Shown: positions 29,333 to 38,605, numbered from the stretch's first letter. The stretch is 64,000 nt of DNA from an uncultured delta proteobacterium (GCA_963728565.1 CAVSLC010000013.1:384001-448000); one strand, 5' to 3'. Made by a program: numbers and translations. Notes: generated by a model from the letters alone, not told the origin.

Positions 29333-29758
29333 ATGGCTGAGACCAATCTGCAAAAACCATTACCCGCGATCACCAGCGAAGCGAGACCTTTTTGGGAGGG
29401 AGCAGCGAAGCAGAAGCTTCTAATGCAGCGCTGCCTCGATTGCGCCGCCTATATCTGGACACCGCGGCCGAGCTGTTTCGAATGCGGCAGCGAAAACATT
29501 CAATGGCAAGAGCTCGGCGGCCGAGGAGAAGTTTATTCCTTCACCGTGATTCGGCAGGTCGTTGGGCGCGCGGCATCGCAGGCGTTTGAAAAAGATATTC
29601 CTTACGTAATCGCCTGGATCGACTTGGACGAAGGCCCACGGATGATCACAAACGTGATCGGCTGCCCGGTTGAGGCCGTCAAAGTCGGTTTGAAAGTGTC
29701 TGTGGTCTTCGAACAACAATCGCCGGATATCTGGCTGCCGAAGTTCCGGCCGCAGTGA
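29333..29758 (+). CDS. DUF35/ChsH2-type Zn-ribbon + OB-fold protein
   Basis: PFWEGA, QRCLDC, PRPSCFECGS, GEVYSFTV, IDLDEGPRMITNV. Confidence 0.9.
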   Translation: MAETNLQKPLPAITSEARPFWEGAAKQKLLMQRCLDCAAYIWTPRPSCFECGSENIQWQELGGRGEVYSFTVIRQVVGRAASQAFEKDIPYVIAWIDLDEGPRMITNVIGCPVEAVKVGLKVSVVFEQQSPDIWLPKFRPQ

Positions 29759-29863
29759 GGACTGAAGACGGAGGACCGAAGACCGATCACGGTCGTCCGC
29801 CGCCGCGTTCGATCCGAGCTGGAAGGATTGAAAGTCTAAATGCTTTGAAGCTTCTCAACTAAT

Positions 29864-30066
29864 CCCGTATTCCGCAGTGGAACCAAAATGCCGGAAGCGA
29901 GGTCGAATCCTGGAGCAGCCAAGGCGTCCGGCTGTGAAGTTTCAATTATTTTGCGGATCTCGCACGATCGCTGAGTGATCGCTGCTCAGAGGCACAAACC
30001 CATCGACTTCGCTGCGCAAGGGTTCTGCGTCGCGCTTCCTGTCCAATCGCAACTGTGGAATCCGGG
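29864..30066. mobile_element. MITE-like element with 17-bp imperfect terminal inverted repeats
   Basis: cccgtattccgcagtgg ... caactgtggaatccggg (14/17 complementary); no transposase inside. Confidence 0.5.
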
Positions 30067-30236
30067 CTAATTGAATTCTTGTGATTCCCCGCCTTAATCG
30101 GTACCGAGTTTACTCCAACCGAGCCCTGGACTTCACCCGAGAAAAACCTTCGGCTGGTTGTTTTTTCTCGTACCCAGAGCACAAACCTGATTTCATGCGA
30201 ACGGTTTGAACGGCTTGAACGTTTGCAACTTCCGCC

Positions 30237-31736
30237 TCACAACGCTGTGGTGCTTGCCGGCGGGCGGCGATGATGCGTTGCCTGTTCGTATGCGTAAGCG
30301 AATTTGATCAGGTTTCCGTCATCATAAGGTCGTCCGGTAAAGCAAACACCGGCGGGAAGGTTGTCCCGCGTAAATCCCGCAGGGACGACGATCGCCGGAA
30401 CGAAAACCAGGAATGTGTTCAGATGCGGCGCGCCTTTCTGATCGACGAACGGCGGGTTGACGCCATCTTTGATAAGAGTGGGCTGATGCTCTATCGCCTT
30501 ATGAACGATCGCATCCAGGCGATGGTCGGCCATGACCTTCAGGTAATTCGTCATCAACTCATCTTGCGCCTTGAGATGTTCGTAATGGCTTAGTGGGTCG
30601 GGATTCTTCTTGAATCGGTCTTGCGAACGGCGCACGACCTTGGCGAAATCCGCCGCCGCGATGACCTCTTCACGGGATTTAAACGGGGCTCTGGCGCTTC
30701 GTCCATAATAATTCTGAAAAGACTTGTCCGAGTCACCGGGACCTGAAGATCGCTTGGCCATCAATTCATCGAGCTTGGGAATCGTGATCGGATCTACAAT
30801 TTCGGCGCCGCCGGCCTTGAGATCGGCCACTGCTTTGTCGAACACTTCGCCGATCTTCTTGAAGTCTGCTGAATCCGGTTCGCTGCCGAGGCCAATCGAT
30901 TGGCGCAAGATGCCGATCCGCGCTCCTTTAAGACCATTCTTGTCGAGAAAACGTTTATAGGTCTCGGGAATATGGCTGATCCCGCGCGCGGTGATCGGGT
31001 CCTCCGGATCATACCCGACCATGACGTCCAGCAGAGCGGCCAAGTCTCCCACCGTCCGGGCCATGGGACCCAGCGATCCATTGATCTCGGGCCAACACCC
31101 GTAAACTCCGCCGCGGCTGACCAGGCCTGCCGTCGGACGCATGCCAGTAATGCAGTTCCATGTCGATGGCCGGCGGATCGATGCAAGCCCCTCCTGTCCA
31201 ACACCCAGGGTCGAGTAGTTTGCCGAAACCGCCGCCGCTGAACCGCCGGAGGAACCGCCGACCGTGCGTTCCGTATCATAGGGATTGCGGGTCGAGCCAA
31301 ATAGCGATCCGTGCGTGTCGCCGCCGCCCAATTCACCCAACGTCGCTTTGGCCAGGATCACCGCGCCGGCCTTTTTTAGTTTGTCAGCAACAAACGAGTC
31401 CCGGTCCGGATAGTAATCCTTGAACAACACCGATCCCAAAGTGGTCGGCATGCCTTTGACATCGCCCTGATCCTTGAAGATGACCGGAATGCCGTGCAGC
31501 GGTCCCACGGGACCCGAAGCTTTAAAAGCGGCGTCGAGACGATCTGCTTCCCCCAGCGCCTCGGGATTGATCGTGATGATGGCATTGAGCTGCGGGCTCT
31601 TTTTATCGAAAGCCTCGATGCGATCGAGATACATCTGTACTAGCTGACGGCAAGTCAGCCGGCCTGACTTGTAAGCGGTGTGGACATCGTCGATAGTCGT
31701 TTCAATTATATTAAAAGCAGCATCGGACTGAGCCAT
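30237..31736 (-). CDS. Amidase signature family protein
   Basis: GPLHGIPVIFKD, GGSSGGS, ASIRRP (Lys-cisSer-Ser triad present). Confidence 0.9.
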   Translation of the reverse strand: MAQSDAAFNIIETTIDDVHTAYKSGRLTCRQLVQMYLDRIEAFDKKSPQLNAIITINPEALGEADRLDAAFKASGPVGPLHGIPVIFKDQGDVKGMPTTLGSVLFKDYYPDRDSFVADKLKKAGAVILAKATLGELGGGDTHGSLFGSTRNPYDTERTVGGSSGGSAAAVSANYSTLGVGQEGLASIRRPSTWNCITGMRPTAGLVSRGGVYGCWPEINGSLGPMARTVGDLAALLDVMVGYDPEDPITARGISHIPETYKRFLDKNGLKGARIGILRQSIGLGSEPDSADFKKIGEVFDKAVADLKAGGAEIVDPITIPKLDELMAKRSSGPGDSDKSFQNYYGRSARAPFKSREEVIAAADFAKVVRRSQDRFKKNPDPLSHYEHLKAQDELMTNYLKVMADHRLDAIVHKAIEHQPTLIKDGVNPPFVDQKGAPHLNTFLVFVPAIVVPAGFTRDNLPAGVCFTGRPYDDGNLIKFAYAYEQATHHRRPPASTTAL

Positions 31737-32072
31737 GGTATGAACTCCTTTTGATTGCCCTTCGTTCCTTAACTTCTGATATTTAAACCCGGTGAAAATG
31801 TCCAGTAGTTTTAATCGGCCGAGTTTGCTTTCCCTGGATCTCTACGTAAACAGTTGGTGCCGGCCTCCTAGTCTCTTCCAGAGTTTCGAGCGGGAAAGAC
31901 ATTCGCGTATGAAAGCGTGTTTCGTTTTAACAAGACCAGGCCTGTGTGCAATCTAGGTTGTATCCGTATGCACTTGGGTTCGCGCGGCAACCCAAACTCG
32001 ATCGCCGCGCCATTGAAAGCTATCTGGTTAAAGATTATTCCGAAGATTTCTAACAAGGGGGGGGCACCTACG

Positions 32073-33248
32073 ATGTCAGCTATGGCCCGGCGTGTCGCTG
32101 GATTTGGCACCACCGTATTCGTCGAGATCAATGATTTGGCGCGACAATGCAACGCAGTCAATCTCGGCCAGGGCGCGCCGGACTTCGATGGTCCGCCGGA
32201 AGTTCTTGCGGCGGCGGTGAAAGCGATCAACGGCGAGTTGAATCAGTATGCCCCCGGTATCGGTATGCAGGTATTGCGCGAAGCGGTGGCGCAGCATGCC
32301 GAACGTTTCTACAACCAAAAGGTCGATTGGCGGACCGAGGTTCTAATCACCTCCGGCGCGACCGAAGCTGTTTTTGCTGCAATCCTCGGCTTGACCGATC
32401 CCGGCGACGAAGTCATCGTCTTTGAGCCCGCCTATGACAGCTATGTGCCGAACATGGTGATGGCGGGAGTTATGCCGCGCTATGTGCCCTTGCGCGGTGA
32501 CCAGTGGAGCTTCGATCCGGACGAGCTTGCACGAGCTTTCAATGCTCGCACCCGCGCGATTATCGTCAATACGCCGCACAATCCGACCGGCAAGGCTTAT
32601 TCCCGCCAGGAACTTAGCCTGATTGCGGATCTATGCCGCAAGCATCAGGTCGTCGCCATTACCGACGAGGTCTATGAGCATATCCTCTACGACGGAATGG
32701 CGCATATACGACTGGCAACCTTGCCGGGCATGGCAGAACGCACAGTGACCATCAGCAGTATTGGTAAAACCTTTAGTATTACCGGCTGGAAGATTGGCTG
32801 GGCGATCGGTCCGGCAGATTTGGTGAATGCTGTTAATCGGGCGCACCAGTTCATCACCTTTGCTGTTGCCTCGCCCCTACAAGCCGCGGCCGCACTGGCG
32901 CTCAGTTTGCCAGTCAATTATTTCGAAGAGCTGCAGGTGAGCTATCAGTGCAAGCGTAATCGAATGCTCGAGGTGTTCCAACATGCCGGTTTCAGAGTTC
33001 TCAAGCCGCAGGGCAGCTATTTCATTATGGCGGATTGGCGCGCCGTCGCGCCGCGGCATGTGCAGGACGATGTTCAGTTCGCGCGCTGGCTGATAACCAA
33101 GATCGGCGTCGCCTGTATTCCACCCAGCGCCTTCTATCAACAATCCAACAAAGAACTGGGCAGGTACCTGGCGCGTTTTGCAATTTGCAAGAAAGATGAA
33201 ACCCTTGCTGCCGCAGCGCAACGATTTGCGAGGCTAGGAAAACTGTAA
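32073..33248 (+). CDS. PLP aminotransferase class I/II (YbdL/kynurenine-methionine aminotransferase-like)
   Basis: NLGQGAPD, NQYAP, NTPHNPTG, DEVYEH, SIGKTFSITGWKIG. Confidence 0.9.
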   Translation: MSAMARRVAGFGTTVFVEINDLARQCNAVNLGQGAPDFDGPPEVLAAAVKAINGELNQYAPGIGMQVLREAVAQHAERFYNQKVDWRTEVLITSGATEAVFAAILGLTDPGDEVIVFEPAYDSYVPNMVMAGVMPRYVPLRGDQWSFDPDELARAFNARTRAIIVNTPHNPTGKAYSRQELSLIADLCRKHQVVAITDEVYEHILYDGMAHIRLATLPGMAERTVTISSIGKTFSITGWKIGWAIGPADLVNAVNRAHQFITFAVASPLQAAAALALSLPVNYFEELQVSYQCKRNRMLEVFQHAGFRVLKPQGSYFIMADWRAVAPRHVQDDVQFARWLITKIGVACIPPSAFYQQSNKELGRYLARFAICKKDETLAAAAQRFARLGKL

Positions 33249-33469
33249 GCTCGCCCGTTCATGCCTAGTGTTGGAACCATAGGAACCGGGCTGTTATCGC
33301 CGCATTTGCAGTCCCAAGATTTTGCTTCCAGGCGATCACCGCCTCTAAGAGGAAGGGTCCCATGAGGCACTAGTCCGCAGACCGATTGACTCGCCAACCT
33401 GGATGCGGCTAAGTTTAGCTCCGCATCATCGCCACAGGCCAATGCTTCTGAACGAGGTCGCATCGTCCG

Positions 33470-33847
33470 ATGAAGACAAAGGGCGAAATAGAGGCAGCCA
33501 TCAGTGAAGCCATGGTCGGTTTCGAAATCGACTGCATGGGCCGCGGTCCGAAAGAGGCTCGCAGTCATATCATCGAAGATTTGATACTGGTCCGGCTCAA
33601 AGGCGTGCTGACACCGGCGGAGCAACAGTTAGCCAAACGCGCCGACGGCGTGGAACTGATTAAAAAAATGCGTTCCACCTTGATTGAAAGCGCGCGGGCC
33701 CAACTTTCAACCATGATCAGCGATGTTAGCGGCGCCAAAGTTCTCGATATTCTTACGGACATCAATACGACGTCGGGGGAGCGTGTATTCATCTTCATAT
33801 TGGACGCCAATCTGGGCAGGGATCTATCGCGCAAAATAACCGCTTGA
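33470..33847 (+). CDS. DUF2294 / MpsC-family protein
   Basis: MKTKGEIEAAIS...MGRGPK...VRLKGVLTPAEQQL...DINTTSGERVFIF. Confidence 0.88.
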   Translation: MKTKGEIEAAISEAMVGFEIDCMGRGPKEARSHIIEDLILVRLKGVLTPAEQQLAKRADGVELIKKMRSTLIESARAQLSTMISDVSGAKVLDILTDINTTSGERVFIFILDANLGRDLSRKITA

Positions 33848-33872
33848 CATTTACCTGGTTCGTTATTAGCGT
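33844..33872 (+). promoter_or_regulatory. Sigma70-like promoter overlapping the DUF2294 stop codon
   Basis: TTGACA (33844-33849), 17-nt spacer, TAGCGT (33867-33872). Confidence 0.6.
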
Positions 33873-33887
33873 GTGTCTAGTTTTGCT

Positions 33888-33975
33888 GATGACCTGAGGG
33901 GCTGCTTTTGCACACGGATCGCAGCCAGTCGGGCCATAAGCCGACTTGGATGGTCACATCCCTGTCGGCTTTTTT
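33888..33975 (+). promoter_or_regulatory. Structured leader / candidate transcription attenuator
   Basis: Hairpin 1 CCTGA..GGCTGC/GCAGCC..TCGGG; terminator AAGCCGAC-GGATG-gtca-CATCC-GTCGGCTT+T; alternative AGTCGG/CCGACT pairing. Confidence 0.6.
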
Positions 33976-34034
33976 ATTGGTTGAAACAGGCCAATTGGAG
34001 GAAGCCCCTATGAGGGCGTCTCGATCAAAGGTGG

Positions 34035-34070
34035 GCCAGTCTAACCCGATGGGGAGAGGCTGGCTTTTTT
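34035..34070 (+). terminator. Second intrinsic terminator-like hairpin just upstream of the permease RBS
   Basis: GCCAGTCT...AGGCTGGC followed by T6. Confidence 0.55.
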
Positions 34071-34090
34071 CTTGAAAGGAGGGACAGACA

Positions 34091-34942
34091 ATGGCTGATC
34101 AGAATCCCGCGGCAGAAGAGGTCTTACTCGACATCCGCGTAGCAGAGGCTTCAGGAGCTTATAAGTTTTACCTGAACAACGAGAAGAAAATTCTCGGGAC
34201 CGCCTCCGTGGCTATATTCCTGACTGTCTGGGAATTAGTCGGTAACACGTTACAGCTAATCAATCCCATGTTCATGAGCGCGCCGTCACTCATATGGAAG
34301 GCCGCCGTGCAACTGTTCACCTCGGGAGAGATATACAACGATCTCCGGGTTAGCGGCATTGAGTTCGCCTGGGGATACGTGCTCTCGGTGATCGTCGGCG
34401 TTCCCTTCGGCATCGCATGTGGCTGGTATAAAAAAATGGCGTACATCTTCGATCCGTTCATTAATGCGATGAACGCGACCCCGCGCGTCGCCCTCCTACC
34501 GCTGGTTATCATCTGGTTGGGCATCGGCATACTCTCGAAGGTGGGCATTATTTTTCTCGGCGCGGTCTTTCCGATCCTGATCAATGCGCGTGACGGGGTA
34601 AAGACCACTCCATACAACCTGCTTACGGCCGCAAAGAGCTTCGGCGCTTCGGAATGGCAGATATTCAGAAGTGTCGTGCTGCCGTCGACTTTGCCATTTA
34701 TCCTTACCGGCTTGAGGCTCGGGGTCGGCAGGGCCTTGATCGGTGTCATGGTCGGAGAGCTTTATGCCGCTACCGCTGGCATCGGCTTTATGATTACTGT
34801 GGCGGGAGCTACTTTCCAGACCGATAAAGTCTTTGTCGGCGTCCTGATCTTCGCCATCACCGGCATGATCTCCATGGAGCTGCTAACCAAATTGGAGGCT
34901 CGCTTCGAGAAGTGGCGCCCGAAAGTCGGGGCGGCAGCATAG
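34091..34942 (+). CDS. ABC transporter permease, NitT/TauT (nitrate/sulfonate/bicarbonate) family
   Basis: PRVALLPLVIIWLGIG, EAA-like AAKSFGASEWQIFRSVVLP, GELYAATAGIGF; AAGGAGG RBS. Confidence 0.9.
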   Translation: MADQNPAAEEVLLDIRVAEASGAYKFYLNNEKKILGTASVAIFLTVWELVGNTLQLINPMFMSAPSLIWKAAVQLFTSGEIYNDLRVSGIEFAWGYVLSVIVGVPFGIACGWYKKMAYIFDPFINAMNATPRVALLPLVIIWLGIGILSKVGIIFLGAVFPILINARDGVKTTPYNLLTAAKSFGASEWQIFRSVVLPSTLPFILTGLRLGVGRALIGVMVGELYAATAGIGFMITVAGATFQTDKVFVGVLIFAITGMISMELLTKLEARFEKWRPKVGAAA

Positions 34943-34995
34943 TCAGTATCCAGCGCCTCATTAAAAAGAGAAGTTCCCAGATATTTCCGCACAAC

Positions 34996-35028
34996 AAGCC
35001 GATTACCTCTCCAGGTAATCGGCTTTTT
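34996..35028 (+). terminator. Intrinsic terminator after the permease
   Basis: AAGCCGATTACC-tctcca-GGTAATCGGCTT followed by a T-run. Confidence 0.75.
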
Positions 35029-35221
35029 CTTTGGCGATGCTGTCCCCGCTTTTTAAGCTCGAATAACCCTAACAGTCCCTTCGTTTCGAAACTCTTTGCT
35101 TGGCTATCATAAGTTTTTGTACAGCCCTCTTTCTTATAGTCCTTGCCCGGCCTCGAGAAACCACGTATATACCTGCGCAGCTTGAAGGCATAAACGATCT
35201 TCATCGGGAAGGAACACGAAA

Positions 35222-35503
35222 ATGCAACATAAATATAAATCGTATAACATTGTGATCACGAGCTGGGCCAATCTTAACCCGGACGGATTTAGACCGGAAT
35301 ATCGAATCAGTATGAACACTGCTAGTCTCTCCCAAAGTTTAAAAATAAACCTGACGTTTGCTACAAGAAGAGAGGCTGAAGATTACGCGCTCCAAGTCGC
35401 CAAAAAATGGATCGACGAGCAAGGATCCAATCATTCATCGACATTGATCGAAAAGGTCGGTGACAAAAGTCGAAAGCCTCTCAAGAAAGACTCCGTCTTC
35501 TAA
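35222..35503 (+). CDS. Small hypothetical protein (F.T...A....AKKWIDE family)
   Basis: AAGGA RBS; YKSYNI...TFATRREAEDYALQVAKKWIDE. Confidence 0.65.
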   Translation: MQHKYKSYNIVITSWANLNPDGFRPEYRISMNTASLSQSLKINLTFATRREAEDYALQVAKKWIDEQGSNHSSTLIEKVGDKSRKPLKKDSVF

Positions 35504-35831
35504 CGTTAAATCGAGCCTGTCCCGGGTCATCCGACATATGACATCGCGCGAAGCAACACATCGTGGCAGAAATTGTTTTGAATTGGGTACACAAACGCGT
35601 CCGCACTAAAGAGAGACATCCTCTTAGCGCACAACGAGTTGACGTCTCCCCACATCTCACTCCAGTATGAAACCATCCCGGCTCAGCCTAGTCCCCAAAC
35701 GCAAGCCTGCGCTCACCCCCGACAACTAAATATTCTTGACCCGCTTATCTCCAGTCGTTTACTCTTAAGGCCGAAGCCGCGGGTACATCGTACGAGATTT
35801 GCCTACCACCCGTTTTATTCACGGAGAACCG

Positions 35832-37481
35832 ATGGCCAAGAACATTGTGATCTGCTCGGACGGAACTGGAAACTCCGCAGTTAAGGACCGCGGCACGAAT
35901 GTATTCAGGATCTTTGAGTCTATCGATCTCAATGGGCACCGACTTAACCCGAAGCTGGATCCGCAGGTGCCGATCTACGACGATGGCGTCGGCACGGAAG
36001 ATTTCAGGCCGCTCAAAATTTTTGCCGGAATAACCGGGTGGGGTTTAAGCCGAAATGTCAAGCAACTGTACAAGGAGCTATGCCGTATCTATGATCCTGG
36101 CGATAAAATATTCTTGTTCGGCTTTAGCCGCGGCGCTTTCACGGTCCGTAGCCTGGTGGGGCTCATCGTCCGATGCGGGATTATCGATGCACAGAAGCAA
36201 CCTACCGCAGAAGCTTTCGACGATTGCGTGAATAGAGCCTACAAGGCTTACCGCAGTTGTTACCGAACGGCCTTGATGCGACTGCTGCGCGGCGACGCTA
36301 GCGCTGCCGCGACCGATGAATTTAGAATCAAATACTGCCACCCGCAGCAAACCAAGATCCATTTCATCGGCGTTTGGGATACCGTCGACGCGGTCGGGAT
36401 GCCTTTCCACACCAGCGATTTCATCAATGCGGTGATCTATCGATTCAAGTTTCCCAATCAAAGGCTAAGCGAGCAGGTCGACCACGCCTACCATGCGTTG
36501 GCTGTTGACGATGACCGTCATTCGTTCCACCCGCTGCTCTGGGATCAACGGGCATCCAGCCCGGGCAAATCGCAAAAGATCGAGCAGGTGTGGTTTGCCG
36601 GCGCCCATGCCAATGTTGGCGGAGGTTACCCGAAGCAAGGCTTGTCACTCACGGCAATGCACTGGTTGATGACCAAGGCTCAAAACGCCGGGCTGCGATT
36701 TATCCCTGACGAGTACGAATACTATCGAGATCACGCCAACGTTGACGACAAACTTTATGATCCCCGCGCCGGCTTAGGCGTTTTCTACCGCTGGAAACCG
36801 CGCGATATCGGGAAGCTCTGTCATGATAATGGGGTGACCCCCGCGATCCATCTGAGCGTGATGGAACGGATCGCGCACGGAACCGAGGACTACAGTCCGG
36901 GAAATCTGCCACCCGGTGCGAGGATTGTTATCACGCCAGCCAATGACCAGGGAGAAGACGCGACCGCGACGACCCGGGCGCTCGCGGCAGAAATGGTATT
37001 GAAATCTGCCCACGCAAACACCCAAAGCTCCTTGTTGAATCGTGTCCGGGGCACCATCAGCGTCGGACGGCTCTCTTATTATGTTTACTTGTCGTCCTGC
37101 GTGGCCGCGTTGATCGCCGCCTCGGGCGTGCTTGATGACCCTTCGAGGACCGGCATCGGGTCAATCACCAAGGGGGTAGCTGTCTTCCTGGTAAATTTAG
37201 TGACATCACCGTTCGCCACGCTCTATCAGGTAGGAAAAAACTTCTCAGGTGACGTCATCCGGGTTGCTTGGATAGCGAGCGGCTTCCTCATCGCTTACCT
37301 GCTGATGAAGATCACCGATAGACGGATGAGCGCAACATTTTCCAGGTTCTGGTTCGAACAACAGAAGCATTTACGAGTCGCGCTGAAGCAGGCGCGTCAG
37401 GAGGCACACGAAATCATCTCAGCCGGAGTTTCTTCGCGGGAGCCGGCTACGAATCGTGCCGACAAAGAAGCCAGGAATTAA
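35832..37481 (+). CDS. DUF2235 (Tle1-like alpha/beta hydrolase/phospholipase) with C-terminal TM helices
   Basis: KNIVICSDGTGN, YDDGVGT, FGFSRGAFTVR, GVWDTV, VWFAGAHANVGGG; GGAG RBS. Confidence 0.88.
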   Translation: MAKNIVICSDGTGNSAVKDRGTNVFRIFESIDLNGHRLNPKLDPQVPIYDDGVGTEDFRPLKIFAGITGWGLSRNVKQLYKELCRIYDPGDKIFLFGFSRGAFTVRSLVGLIVRCGIIDAQKQPTAEAFDDCVNRAYKAYRSCYRTALMRLLRGDASAAATDEFRIKYCHPQQTKIHFIGVWDTVDAVGMPFHTSDFINAVIYRFKFPNQRLSEQVDHAYHALAVDDDRHSFHPLLWDQRASSPGKSQKIEQVWFAGAHANVGGGYPKQGLSLTAMHWLMTKAQNAGLRFIPDEYEYYRDHANVDDKLYDPRAGLGVFYRWKPRDIGKLCHDNGVTPAIHLSVMERIAHGTEDYSPGNLPPGARIVITPANDQGEDATATTRALAAEMVLKSAHANTQSSLLNRVRGTISVGRLSYYVYLSSCVAALIAASGVLDDPSRTGIGSITKGVAVFLVNLVTSPFATLYQVGKNFSGDVIRVAWIASGFLIAYLLMKITDRRMSATFSRFWFEQQKHLRVALKQARQEAHEIISAGVSSREPATNRADKEARN

Positions 37482-37555
37482 GGTTTCGCGGACAGGTCTC
37501 TCGCAGGTTTCGCGAACAACAGCTTCGCCGGCTACTCCCGCGCTCAGAGCGCACG

Positions 37556-38605
37556 TCAGTTGCCGAGCATCTTTTTGACTCGATCGACGACTTCTTTGGG
37601 CTGATCCATCACTTTCTTGATCAATTCTTCCAGCTCTTCGCCGGGCGTCGGATCGACATCCATCTTGGCCTTTTCGGTTTCAAGCAGAAGCTCCGGATCC
37701 TTCAACGCCTTGGCATAGGCTTCGCGGATTATCTTGACGCGCTCCGCCGGCGTGCCCGGAGTCACCAGCATCGGACGGCCCAAGTCTCCGCCGGTTAGTA
37801 TCACCTGAGCGACGCGCCGGCTGGCGTCCGAGCTGTTATATTCGTCAAACAGCTCATAGATCGTCGGCGTATCCGGCAGGCGCGGGTCGCGCTTGCGGCC
37901 GGTCTGAATGATGTGCCGATCGAAGTCTTTCTTGTGCCAGCTGTTGAAGGGTTCCCGGCCGAAATGCGCAGATATGTTGTGAGCGCGGCAAACAACCTCG
38001 TTCTTTTCAACCGCGAGATCGATTTCCGAACCGCCCGGATAACCTATAACGGTATTGAATTTCGCCCCGATGGAGTCTTCGAGCAATCTCGCCAGCAAGT
38101 AGTCGGTGCTTACTGTTCCCGATGAGCCGCATTTAGGCGGCTCCTTCGCCTTGATGATATCTCGGATCGACTGATATGGAGCATCCTTGCGCATGTAAAG
38201 CAAAACGCTCTCGCTTGCCGGAGAGCCGATCCAACTGAACTTGCGGACGTCGAACTGCACTTCCTTACGCCCTACCAGCTGGTCCATGTAGATGTTGTAC
38301 TGCACCAGTCCCAATGTGAGTCCGTCGGGCTTGGCGACATTGTAGACATAGTTTGCCGCGACCAAAGAGCCGGCCGCGGGCATGTTCTGCACCGCGATCT
38401 CAGGAGTGCCGGGAATATATTTTGGCATGTATCGGGCAAAGAATCGCGCCCAGCGGTCATAGAATCCTCCGGGGGTTGAGCCGACGATCAAGCGGATGGA
38501 CTTGCCTTTGTAGAAAGATTCTTGCGCTGCGGCGAGAGGGACAGAACCGAGGTAACTAAGGCAGGCGAGCAAGACAAACATACCCATAACTAAGCGCTGC
38601 TTCAT
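37556..38605 (-). CDS. TctC/Bug-family tripartite tricarboxylate transporter substrate-binding protein
   Basis: GSTPGGFYD, VQNMPAAGS, KPDGLT, GYPGGSEI, PGTPAER. Confidence 0.87.
   Translation of the reverse strand: MKQRLVMGMFVLLACLSYLGSVPLAAAQESFYKGKSIRLIVGSTPGGFYDRWARFFARYMPKYIPGTPEIAVQNMPAAGSLVAANYVYNVAKPDGLTLGLVQYNIYMDQLVGRKEVQFDVRKFSWIGSPASESVLLYMRKDAPYQSIRDIIKAKEPPKCGSSGTVSTDYLLARLLEDSIGAKFNTVIGYPGGSEIDLAVEKNEVVCRAHNISAHFGREPFNSWHKKDFDRHIIQTGRKRDPRLPDTPTIYELFDEYNSSDASRRVAQVILTGGDLGRPMLVTPGTPAERVKIIREAYAKALKDPELLLETEKAKMDVDPTPGEELEELIKKVMDQPKEVVDRVKKMLGN

Noticed and set aside
33888-33975. Known riboswitch (SAM, TPP, c-di-GMP, ykkC, fluoride) in the permease leader
   Set aside because: CTGATGA is present, but I could not find the full consensus of any of these classes; kept as an unassigned attenuator.
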